DNA of 17,913 nt, from the NCBI GenBank assembly GCA_037381445.1, contig JARRQT010000169.1, positions 1 through 17,913 of the forward strand, in the 5' to 3' direction. Positions 9,059 to 17,668 of this stretch are shown here, piece by piece. The notes below the pieces were generated by a model. That model saw only the letters and a program-made list of their open reading frames with translations, did not search any database and was not told where the DNA came from. This DNA is from Calditrichia bacterium. Its GTDB lineage: Bacteria > Calditrichota > Calditrichia > RBG-13-44-9. Both the position numbers and the translations under genes were made by a program. How positions within the stretch are numbered: position 1 is the first letter of the stretch; each line of letters opens with the position of its first letter.

Positions 9059-9303
9059 CAGCCCGATTAAGCGTTCATTATGGCTAAGATGCATAAAACA
9101 ACGAATTGGCCCTTTTCAAAAAATAGATCAGGCTGAAAGATTCTCTTATGATTAAGGCAGGAAAAATTTCCGCGCTTCTATTTTGTTTCTGAACTTTTTT
9201 CCGGTTACATCATCTATATGGAAAGAAGCAGCTTTGCTTTTTCATATTAGAAAAATGATGTTTTAAGATTCTTGCTGTGATAAAATTTTATAGGAGACAC
9301 GAA

Positions 9304-9582
9304 ATGAAAAAATTATCGACCGAAGAGATCCATCACCATTTGGATGAACTGCAGGACTGGAAACTGGAAGGAAGCGCAATCAAAAAGAACTGGCAGTTTG
9401 AGGACTTCCGGGCCGCCATGAAATTCATCAATGAGGTAGCGGATTTGGCAAACAGATATGATCATCATCCCGAACTTTTCAATGTATATAATAAAGTCTC
9501 ATTGAAATTTTCGACCCATGATGCCGGAGGACTAACCGAGCGTGATTTTAAAATGGCGAAGGAGGTTGATAAAATCCAATAA
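9304..9582 (+). CDS. phhB: Pterin-4-alpha-carbinolamine dehydratase
   Basis: 92 aa with DHHPEL and STHDAGGLTERDF motifs. ATG 9304 is preferred over the track start at 9277 because AGGAGA lies just upstream. Confidence 0.93.
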   Translation: MKKLSTEEIHHHLDELQDWKLEGSAIKKNWQFEDFRAAMKFINEVADLANRYDHHPELFNVYNKVSLKFSTHDAGGLTERDFKMAKEVDKIQ

Positions 9583-9600
9583 GGCCTTATCGAACCGGGC

Positions 9601-9625
9601 CGGTCTTTGATTATCAATCGGACCG
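9601..9625. terminator. Imperfect hairpin between convergent genes
   Basis: CGGTC-TTTGATTATCAATCG-GACCG, with an inner TTGA/TCAA pairing. Confidence 0.35.
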
Positions 9626-9632
9626 CAATCCT

Positions 9633-10883
9633 TTACGACTGAGTTTTTATCGGATTTCGCAGGACCTTCAATTCGGTTTCGCCTTCTGTTTTGGCAATGA
9701 TTACTGCTCCGCAGCTGTCACTCCATACATTAACCGAAGTCCGCAGCATGTCCAATATGCGATCGACCGCCAGAATGAGTCCCACGCCTTCCAGCGGCAA
9801 ACCTACCGCCCGCAGGATGATGGTAATCATCACCAGACCCGCCATCGGTATTCCCGCGGCACCGATGCTGGCCAATAACGCGGTCAGGACAACAATGAAC
9901 TGTTGGAAGAAAGAAAGTTGGATTCCATAGACCTGTGCGATGAACATGGCGGCGACACATTCATAAAGAGCAGTTCCATCCATATTGATGGTCGCGCCAA
10001 GGGGCAGCACAAAACTGGTTATTTTGTTTGAGACACCGGAATTATTTTCCACGGCGTCCATGGTCAGGGGCAGGGTAGCGGAGGATGAGGCGGTCGAAAA
10101 AGCAGTCATAAGAGCCGAGGAGAGGGCACGAAAATGCTCGATTGGATTGGATCCGCCAATGAGGCTCAGCAGCAGCGGCAGGGTAATTGTGGCATGAATA
10201 ATCAATGCCAAAATTACAGTGGTCATGTAGCTGGCGAGAGGCAGGATGGATGCGAAACCCGTTTGGGCCACAATTTTTGCAATGAGGGCGAAGACGCCAA
10301 TCGGGGTAAAAAGAATAATAAAGTGAGTCAGGCGCATCATGACTTCAAATATGCCCTGAAAAAAATTGGTTAGCTGTTCGCGATAAGGATGGGGAGATTT
10401 TGTAATAAAGAAACCAAAAAGAAGTGAAAAAAAGATGATAGGAAGCATATCCCCTCTGACCATTGATTCAATTGGATTGGTAGGGATTATTCCCAAAAGC
10501 GTATCACCCAATTTGCTCACATTGGCAGCAAGTTCCTCCGGCATTTTTTCAAAACCCAGATGCGCCCCCACACCAGGCTGAAATATATTTACCAGAACCA
10601 GACCGGTCAGTATTGCAAACAAACTGGTTGTGACATAATAAAATAGGGTCTTGAGGCTGAGACGGCCAAAACTCTCTCCGGAGCCGATACTTGTCACTCC
10701 GGATATGATTGAAGAGACAATTAAGGGAACAATGACCATTCTCAGCCCCCGAAGAAAGATTGTCCCTAAAATTGAAATTTTATCTGCAGTAAAATTTTCA
10801 AACCCAAAAACACGGGAAAGAGCACCCAGTAAAATGCCCAATGCCAAACCAATAAAAATCTGCCAGTGGAGTTTCAGCTTCAT
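9633..10883 (-). CDS. gltP: Dicarboxylate/amino acid:cation symporter (GltP/GltT/GltPh family), likely glutamate/aspartate
   Basis: AFSTASSSATLP, LGATINMDGTALYE, ASIGAAGIP and DRILDMLRTSVNVWSD motifs. Confidence 0.9.
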   Translation of the reverse strand: MKLKLHWQIFIGLALGILLGALSRVFGFENFTADKISILGTIFLRGLRMVIVPLIVSSIISGVTSIGSGESFGRLSLKTLFYYVTTSLFAILTGLVLVNIFQPGVGAHLGFEKMPEELAANVSKLGDTLLGIIPTNPIESMVRGDMLPIIFFSLLFGFFITKSPHPYREQLTNFFQGIFEVMMRLTHFIILFTPIGVFALIAKIVAQTGFASILPLASYMTTVILALIIHATITLPLLLSLIGGSNPIEHFRALSSALMTAFSTASSSATLPLTMDAVENNSGVSNKITSFVLPLGATINMDGTALYECVAAMFIAQVYGIQLSFFQQFIVVLTALLASIGAAGIPMAGLVMITIILRAVGLPLEGVGLILAVDRILDMLRTSVNVWSDSCGAVIIAKTEGETELKVLRNPIKTQS

Positions 10884-11188
10884 TTCTTTTTCTCTTGTTG
10901 AAGATTAAACAATAAAGTCTGATCGCTAAAAATTTTCTTGTTTAATATATAATAGCCGCATGCCGCAAAAAAAGAGTTTTTAAAGATTAACGGATGCCAC
11001 TGACAAAAGCCCGAATTAATCAGAATTCTGGGGCATGATTTATCGAAAGAAATGAACAAAATGAGCCTGATTAGCCTCAAATAAAAATAAAAAAGCTTTG
11101 TATACTTTTGTGATATAAAATATTCCACCTTAACCGGATTATTGTATTATCTGTTTGATAAGTTGCGATCTAATAATACAGGATTGTT

Positions 11189-11812
11189 ATGAAATATCAT
11201 ATAGGAATTATTTCAGAGGAAGAAGATCCGGTAATCGATGAGGTTACTGTGCAATTGGAAAATACGAGCCTGAATCATTATTCGGTTATCTCAGAAAGAA
11301 CTCAAATGCAAGAATTTCTATCAGAATACGACTGCAGCTTTTTTATTATTTGTTTATCTGCAGATAACTTTAAAAAATGGCAACCCGTCTTTTCAGATTC
11401 GCTGGAAAAATATTTTACAGTTATATATTATCCTTCTTTCATTATAAAAAATCCGGATGAGTGGAAGCATATCAGAACCGACTTCTTAATTGCAGGCGAG
11501 GAAAGATATAAGGATTTGGGCAAATTATTACAATTTTTAAAGGAAAATCACTGGCGAAAAATACCGGATAGTCTCTTCAACTTTACCAATGGAAAATATT
11601 CAAATTTAATGAGAGAAATTTTATTCACTATTGAATTCTCAAATGATAAAAACTTTACCCTCGATAAATTGGCAATAAAATTAAACAGTACTCACAATGA
11701 GATCCGAAAAGAAATTAAGAGGATTGCTAATCTAAATTTCAAAGAGTTCAAAGCAAGGATCTCAGCCTATTATAACAAGGTTGAGGCGCCCGAAAATGTC
11801 AACAGACAGTAA
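11189..11812 (+). CDS. Putative regulator: degenerate receiver-like domain plus a single AraC-type HTH subdomain
   Basis: 207-aa AT-rich ORF. C-terminal FTLDKLAIKLNSTHNEIRKEIKRIANLNFKEFK aligns by eye with the first HTH of the next ORF; shared HWRKIPDS motif. Confidence 0.65.
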   Translation: MKYHIGIISEEEDPVIDEVTVQLENTSLNHYSVISERTQMQEFLSEYDCSFFIICLSADNFKKWQPVFSDSLEKYFTVIYYPSFIIKNPDEWKHIRTDFLIAGEERYKDLGKLLQFLKENHWRKIPDSLFNFTNGKYSNLMREILFTIEFSNDKNFTLDKLAIKLNSTHNEIRKEIKRIANLNFKEFKARISAYYNKVEAPENVNRQ

Positions 11813-11988
11813 AATTGTTCCACATTCTGGAATATCAATAAATCCCCTCCACAAATATTTTCGTCGATATTGGTAATAAATATATCCGGTTTGTTTGCAT
11901 TATCTGTATAAATATCCTATATAACCTTCGCTTTCGATTGATCTAATTCATAATATTTAAATATACTTCCAAAACAGGTATAAGCAAT

Positions 11989-12735
11989 TTGCCTAAGTTA
12001 TTATTTGTTTCCGATTTTAATGAAATCCGGAATGAAATAAGAAAACTATCCGGAGATCTCTCTCATTGGCATATTCAATCTGTCACCACGCGGATTGATA
12101 TTAACAGAATTGAAGAAATTTTTCTTCAGGATGGTGAACTACATTTCTTAATATTTTCTAAAAGCCTGAATCCGGATACACTGCATGAGCTCCAATTAAT
12201 AAAAAAGAAGATGCCTCTTCTTCAGGTATTATTCTATTCACCCAGTCTTAATAACCGGCAATTTGCCAGGCTTTATGAGGCTGGAATAACTTGTTGCATT
12301 ATCGGTGAGAACCGCTTGGAGAATCTGATACAATTGCTGGAGGAATTATGGGAGAGGCATTGGAAGAGAATTCCCGATTCAATTCTGCGGACAAATCGCA
12401 GCGATCTTTCCGCAAGAGCGAAAAAAATACTGGAATACATTGAGAATAAGCCATTGCGAGATTTCAATATTAATGCAATTGCTCATTATCTCGAATTATC
12501 GGAAAGTCATTTTCGTGCCGAATTTAAAAACACTGTAGGGATGAGCTTTCGGGAATTTAAACAAAAATTGTTTTTCCATTATGAGTCGGTACTGCTCTTC
12601 CGGAACAAACTGAAGCCAATTGAAATTTTTACAACTCTTGATTATAAAAATTTATCAGCATTCAGTCGCTCGTTTAAGGCCAGGCATGGTCTTTCATGGC
12701 GCAAATTCAAATATGGTTCGAAAGAATTGAACTAA
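11989..12735 (+). CDS. AraC-family regulator with N-terminal receiver-like domain
   Basis: NINAIAHYLELSESHFRAEFKNTVGMSFREF and LDYKNLSAFSRSFKARHGLS are the two AraC HTH signatures. TTG start. Confidence 0.85.
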   Translation: MPKLLFVSDFNEIRNEIRKLSGDLSHWHIQSVTTRIDINRIEEIFLQDGELHFLIFSKSLNPDTLHELQLIKKKMPLLQVLFYSPSLNNRQFARLYEAGITCCIIGENRLENLIQLLEELWERHWKRIPDSILRTNRSDLSARAKKILEYIENKPLRDFNINAIAHYLELSESHFRAEFKNTVGMSFREFKQKLFFHYESVLLFRNKLKPIEIFTTLDYKNLSAFSRSFKARHGLSWRKFKYGSKELN

Positions 12736-12893
12736 TACCTTGATCAGGATGAAAAAGCTAAAAATTGCTTAAAAAATCGTAATAGCAGGGAAAGCTAATA
12801 TTTTCCGCAAATCCACGTGTAAGTGACGTGGCGGAGCTGTGCCAGTCAATCCCCGATTATACTCTAAAAATAAATAAAATATGTGAGGAAGAG

Positions 12894-13502
12894 ATGCGGC
12901 ATAATATGTTTAAATATTATTTTCTTTTCTTTGTTTTTATGACATCCACATCTATTGCCCAGGGATTGAATCCGGGGGATGGGGTGAGGGTAACTTTGTA
13001 TAATATTTCGGACCCCATAACGGGCGATTATTTTACCCAGCAGGATGGAAATATTCAATTGCCTTATATTGGATTGATTCAAGTACTAAACCGGGACTTT
13101 GGAAGCGTGCAAAATGAAATCATTTTTAAGTATGATTCCCTGTATAGAAATCCGGAACTGACGGTACAGCCGCTTTACAAAGTGAGCATTCTGGGAGAAG
13201 TGAGAACGCCTGGCAGATATTTTGTAACCGGAGTGGAGAAACTCTCTGATATTTTGGCCATGGCGGGAGGAGAAACCAGCGACAGCAATCTGGATAAGAT
13301 CTATTTTATACGTGAAAACAGGAAAATAAATATTAATGCCAAGGAAATGCTGGAAACAGGAAAACGGGTAGGAGATGTGGGGCTGCATTCCGGGGATCAG
13401 ATATATGTGCCCCGCAAATGGTGGGTCGGCGTAAGGAACGCATCCGTGATCGTTTCGGGGGTGGCGGTATTGGTAGCTATTGTCGGAATTATTAGACGCT
13501 GA
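12894..13502 (+). CDS. wza: Polysaccharide export (OPX/Wza-like) protein with Poly_export and one SLBB domain
   Basis: LNPGDGVRV, DGNIQLPYIG, VSILGEVRTPGRY, LAMAGG and LHSGDQIYVP motifs. ATG 12894 follows GAGGA. Confidence 0.88.
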   Translation: MRHNMFKYYFLFFVFMTSTSIAQGLNPGDGVRVTLYNISDPITGDYFTQQDGNIQLPYIGLIQVLNRDFGSVQNEIIFKYDSLYRNPELTVQPLYKVSILGEVRTPGRYFVTGVEKLSDILAMAGGETSDSNLDKIYFIRENRKININAKEMLETGKRVGDVGLHSGDQIYVPRKWWVGVRNASVIVSGVAVLVAIVGIIRR

Positions 13503-13541
13503 CCATTGGAATAATAATACTCTTAAACCGGGAATAAAGAT

Positions 13542-16034
13542 ATGAATGATAGATTTTTAGGCATGAAAAAAGGTGAGATTACTGCATCGCAGTTACTCAG
13601 AATTTTAAGTCGCAGGAAGATCTTTATTTTGTGGTCTGTTGCAATAGTCTTTCTCCTTGTATTCATCTATAATCTGGTGATTCCTTCAAAATATGAAGCC
13701 ACTGTCGTATTGAAAAAGGAGGGCACGGATAAGTCCGAATACTCAGGTGAATTTGAGGAGATTATGGGCGTTAGAAGCAGGGATGAAGTTGAAACGGAGA
13801 TGGAGATCGTAAAGACCCGGAACGTGCTCGATCAAGTCATTTCTGAATTAGGTCTCCCGCTTGAAGTCATCAAAATTGTTAATTCGGTTGGAAGGACGAT
13901 GATGATTGAAAAGCATCTGGTTGATTATAGTCATCAATCTCCGGCCAGTTCTTCTTTAGAGGAAAAAATGCCGGTGTTTTCTAACACGCAATTTTTCCCG
14001 GAAGAAAGTGGGTATGAATTTTACATTGAAAAGGACGCCGAAAATAGTTATACCGTATATAAAGCAGACGGGGAAAAGCTTGGCAAATTTGCTAAGGCGG
14101 GCGATGATGTTCACATTATTATTCCGGGGATTTCATTCGATCTGGATTGGTCCGGCGCCAGCATTAATAGTGCTGTGCACTGCAAAGTTGATAATTATTT
14201 TGAAACGCTTCGCGGTTTGGAGGATGCCGTGGTAGTGAGTCAGAAATTGAAGACCGGCATATTTGAAATCTCTGTTCGATCTGAATCGCCGATTGCTTCC
14301 CAATTGATTGCCAACACCGTGGCTGAAAAATTCCGGGAAGCCCGTCTTAGTCAAAAGCAGCAGACAATTCATTACTCATTCAATTTTGTGGACAATCAAT
14401 TGCAGGATATCTCGGCAAAGCTGAGAAAAGCCGAAAATGATCTGAGCGAATTTAAATCGACCCATAAAATCACGACTATTGATGAGAACTCCAAAGATAT
14501 CGTGGAATTCCTCAGCAGTCTTGAAACAGAAAAAGTTAAAACGGATCTGGAACTGTCAGAGTATGAGAACAAAGTGGCGGCAATGAAGGAGGAACACCGA
14601 AAAGAGGGATTCTTTGATCAGACCTATTTGACGCCTGAACGTGCTGATGATTCCTATTCGCCCTTTTCCACCCTCCTCCGGCAGCTTTCTGACCTGGAAC
14701 TGAAGAGGCTGGAACTGCTTCAGCGTCGTACCGAATCACATCCCGAGGTTATCGCTGTGGATGACCAAATCAAACAAATCACGGAGAAACTTTCCACATA
14801 TAATAAAAATACATTAAAAGCCTTTCAGATAATTATTAATTCTTTGAAAAGCAAAAGGAGTAACCTCAATTCTCTCATAGAGAAATACTCAAGTAAGATT
14901 GAAAATATTCCAGTGCAGGAAACGAAATTGGCCGATTTGATCCGGCAAAAAAATGTGTATGAAAAAATATTCAATCTTCTGCTGAACAAACGTGAGGAAA
15001 TGCGGATTGCGGAACTCTCCAAGCTGCAGGATATCGTTGTTATTGATCCTGCGCATAAGCCTATCCGCCCGGTGACTCCTCGCAAAGCTTTAAATTTGGC
15101 AGTTGGGCTTATCCTCGGCCTAATCGGGGGATTAATCGCTGTAATGGTTGCCGAATACCGCAATCCAAGGTTGGCGTATTTGGAAGACGTCGAAAATGAA
15201 TATAGCATCCCGATACTGTCAATCATACCAAAATATTCCAGGGAGATAGCTGAAAAAATAGATAATAAGAAGGGACTAAAAAATAAATTCGTTGCACTGA
15301 TGCCGGATCAACATGGCATTAAGGAATCGTTCCGGGTTCTGAATACCAAGATTTTGAATATTTTTGAATCGTTACAGGATGATCATTCGCCCGATTTGGA
15401 GACGAAAAAGATCCTGATGATCACCAGTTGTGAAGAAAACACCGGGAAGACCAGCGTCACTACAAATTTTGGCATTGCTCTGGCGGAATCGGGTCATTCG
15501 GTTTTGATAATCGATTGCGATCTGAAAAAGCCGAAAATTGCCGATTTCTTTGAAATCCCCGGTGATAAACCAGGCCTGATTCGTTTCCTGTCTGAGAATA
15601 TTCCCTACCCGGACACGTATCAGCCATTTGCCGAAAAGAAGAATTTCAAAGCAGTTAAAAATCTGACCGTGATTCCAGCTGGAGGGATTACGGATAATTC
15701 CAGCACTCTGCTGCAGTCCACAAAAATGAGAAGTCTGCTGGAAATGATTAAAGATTTTGAGTACATCCTGCTGGATACACCGCCGATTACCCGCGTGGTG
15801 GATGTGCTTTCCCTGGGGAGAATCGTAAAAGACCTGGTTCTGGTTATTCGCCCTGATCATACCTTTAAGGATAGTATCCAGTGGGCGGTGGATGAGCTGG
15901 AACAGTCAAAATTGAGGATCTTTGGATTTGTTGTGAACGCATGCGATGTGCAGAAATCCTCGTATCGATACAAATATGGTTATGGTTACGGTTACAGTTA
16001 CGGGACATCAGGGAAATCCTCTGTCAGAAAATAG
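13542..16034 (+). CDS. wzc: Polysaccharide co-polymerase / BY tyrosine kinase
   Basis: Two TM segments around a coiled-coil periplasmic region, Walker A (ENTGKTS), A' (IIDCD), Walker B (LLDTPP), and C-terminal Tyr cluster YRYKYGYGYGYSYG. Confidence 0.95.
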   Translation: MNDRFLGMKKGEITASQLLRILSRRKIFILWSVAIVFLLVFIYNLVIPSKYEATVVLKKEGTDKSEYSGEFEEIMGVRSRDEVETEMEIVKTRNVLDQVISELGLPLEVIKIVNSVGRTMMIEKHLVDYSHQSPASSSLEEKMPVFSNTQFFPEESGYEFYIEKDAENSYTVYKADGEKLGKFAKAGDDVHIIIPGISFDLDWSGASINSAVHCKVDNYFETLRGLEDAVVVSQKLKTGIFEISVRSESPIASQLIANTVAEKFREARLSQKQQTIHYSFNFVDNQLQDISAKLRKAENDLSEFKSTHKITTIDENSKDIVEFLSSLETEKVKTDLELSEYENKVAAMKEEHRKEGFFDQTYLTPERADDSYSPFSTLLRQLSDLELKRLELLQRRTESHPEVIAVDDQIKQITEKLSTYNKNTLKAFQIIINSLKSKRSNLNSLIEKYSSKIENIPVQETKLADLIRQKNVYEKIFNLLLNKREEMRIAELSKLQDIVVIDPAHKPIRPVTPRKALNLAVGLILGLIGGLIAVMVAEYRNPRLAYLEDVENEYSIPILSIIPKYSREIAEKIDNKKGLKNKFVALMPDQHGIKESFRVLNTKILNIFESLQDDHSPDLETKKILMITSCEENTGKTSVTTNFGIALAESGHSVLIIDCDLKKPKIADFFEIPGDKPGLIRFLSENIPYPDTYQPFAEKKNFKAVKNLTVIPAGGITDNSSTLLQSTKMRSLLEMIKDFEYILLDTPPITRVVDVLSLGRIVKDLVLVIRPDHTFKDSIQWAVDELEQSKLRIFGFVVNACDVQKSSYRYKYGYGYGYSYGTSGKSSVRK

Positions 16035-16259
16035 GCTGGGAAGTGCGAATCCGCGGATATTTTCTTCAACTTAAGCAATACAGCTCAACATCCTTCTTTT
16101 GAATCTAATTATACCTGCATGCATACTCTGTAAGATCCGGGATTCAATCAATCACAATTTCCAATCATTTTCTCCCATCTGAATTAATCTTAACCAGGGA
16201 CAGATCGCCTGAAAATGAAGCGGAATAGCACAACCATAAACGATGGAGAGTTCTAGTAG

Positions 16260-17483
16260 ATGGCCTCCGGTTTTAAAGATTTCGGGATGACTTTTGGCTC
16301 GCGGATTTCCATGCTGATTCTCAGCCTGGGTACGCAGAGCAGCCTGGCTTGGATTTTGGGACCGTCGGGCCGGGGAGCCTATGCCGTCTGCTTATTATTT
16401 TCCTCTATTTTGGGCCTAATTTTTATTATTGGTTGCGATTATGCCGGGATTTATTATGTTGCCGCAAAGAAATTGAGCATATCGGAAGGCGTATTTTACA
16501 CCTTTATTTTTGGGGGTATCGGTTCTCTTCTGGCGATTGCTGCGGGCAAAATTATTATGACCATGCCGCTTCCTTTTCTAGGGAAAGCAACGACCGGAGA
16601 ATTCAATCTGGCGCTTATTTTTATCCCTGTTTCTGTTTTTTCATATACCTTCTTAATGCTCTTGACTGCCTATCAGAAATTTAACTGGTTTTCCATATTA
16701 TCAATCCTTTCCGCGTTTTTGCGAACCCTGCGGATCATCTATATTAAATTTGGCTTGCAATGGGAAAAGATTTCGTTTTCAAAAATGCGTGATATGTTAT
16801 TGTATGATGCCCGGCATTATATCGGGAAACTGAGCAACCAGATAAACCTGGAAGTTGGGACGATTATTCTGGCGATGTTTGCCTCTCAGGCGGAAATCGG
16901 GCTATTTGCAGTGGCAGTATCGCTGACTACCCGTTTGAACATGATCCCCAATACGCTGGAGACCGTTCTAATTCCACGTGTAGCCGCAGATGAAAGGGGA
17001 AAGCGTCAGCTGATTGCGCAGACAGCACGATTGACCGGGGCGCTGTGCGGTTCAATGCTCCTTATTCTTGCTGTTTTTGCTAATATTATTGTGGCTATTC
17101 TTTTCTCTCCGGCGTTTTTGCCTGCCGTGGAATTAATCCGAATTCTGGCTGCAGGTGTCACGATACGGTGTGCCAGCAAAGTGTTAGTAACCTATCTGCT
17201 GGGCACAAATCACCCCGGGATCATTTCTGTGAGCGTGGGTGTGGGCATGGCTATTAATCTGGGAATTTTGTGGTTTTTCTTACCCGTATTCGGTCTTGCG
17301 GCGGCAGCATGGGCCATGACGATCAGTTTTGTGGTAAGCTCGGGTATCATTGCCGCCAGCTTCAGTAAGCGAAGCGGCATGAGACTGATGGATATTTTTG
17401 TATTCCGGTTTGCAGACTGGAACCTGGTAACCAATAGTCTGAGCAGCCTTACCGGAAAAATGGCGTTTCTTATGAGGAAATAA
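16260..17483 (+). CDS. wzx: Wzx/MOP-superfamily oligosaccharide flippase, possibly with an in-frame internal deletion
   Basis: 407-aa multi-TM ORF with LAWILGPSGRGAY, EIGLFAVAVSL and FGLAAAAWA motifs, downstream of wzc. Confidence 0.85.
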   Translation: MASGFKDFGMTFGSRISMLILSLGTQSSLAWILGPSGRGAYAVCLLFSSILGLIFIIGCDYAGIYYVAAKKLSISEGVFYTFIFGGIGSLLAIAAGKIIMTMPLPFLGKATTGEFNLALIFIPVSVFSYTFLMLLTAYQKFNWFSILSILSAFLRTLRIIYIKFGLQWEKISFSKMRDMLLYDARHYIGKLSNQINLEVGTIILAMFASQAEIGLFAVAVSLTTRLNMIPNTLETVLIPRVAADERGKRQLIAQTARLTGALCGSMLLILAVFANIIVAILFSPAFLPAVELIRILAAGVTIRCASKVLVTYLLGTNHPGIISVSVGVGMAINLGILWFFLPVFGLAAAAWAMTISFVVSSGIIAASFSKRSGMRLMDIFVFRFADWNLVTNSLSSLTGKMAFLMRK

Positions 17484-17668
17484 ACCGATTCCAGTTCAAC
17501 ATTAAGGGAATTTGAAGAAAAAAATTATGCTCTGATTAAATGGGAAATAGGATTCCGCCTAATTTGATATTTAATAATCGGCTTAAGTTTTTGCCTGCAT
17601 TTTCTTCAGAGAGGCCTGATTTTCAAAAGATTTACTAAATCGTTTCAAAATAATCCTCCAATATTTTA

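Noticed and set aside
8800..9303. Small cydX/cydS subunit ORF near cydAB
   Set aside because: No convincing short hydrophobic ORF with a ribosome-binding site was found by eye here or in the short gaps after cydA and cydB.
11052..11067. TGAACAAAATGAGCC resembles the reverse complement of 3662-3675 (TAAACAAATGAGCC)
   Set aside because: Needs a mismatch and an indel in AT-rich DNA; too weak to claim a shared operator.
10880..11128. 82-aa minus-strand ORF upstream of gltP
   Set aside because: Composition is typical of translated AT-rich intergenic DNA; no supporting motif.
15960..16005. Short tandem TA(T/C)GGT-like repeats
   Set aside because: They encode the normal Tyr-Gly cluster of Wzc; not a CRISPR or contingency repeat.
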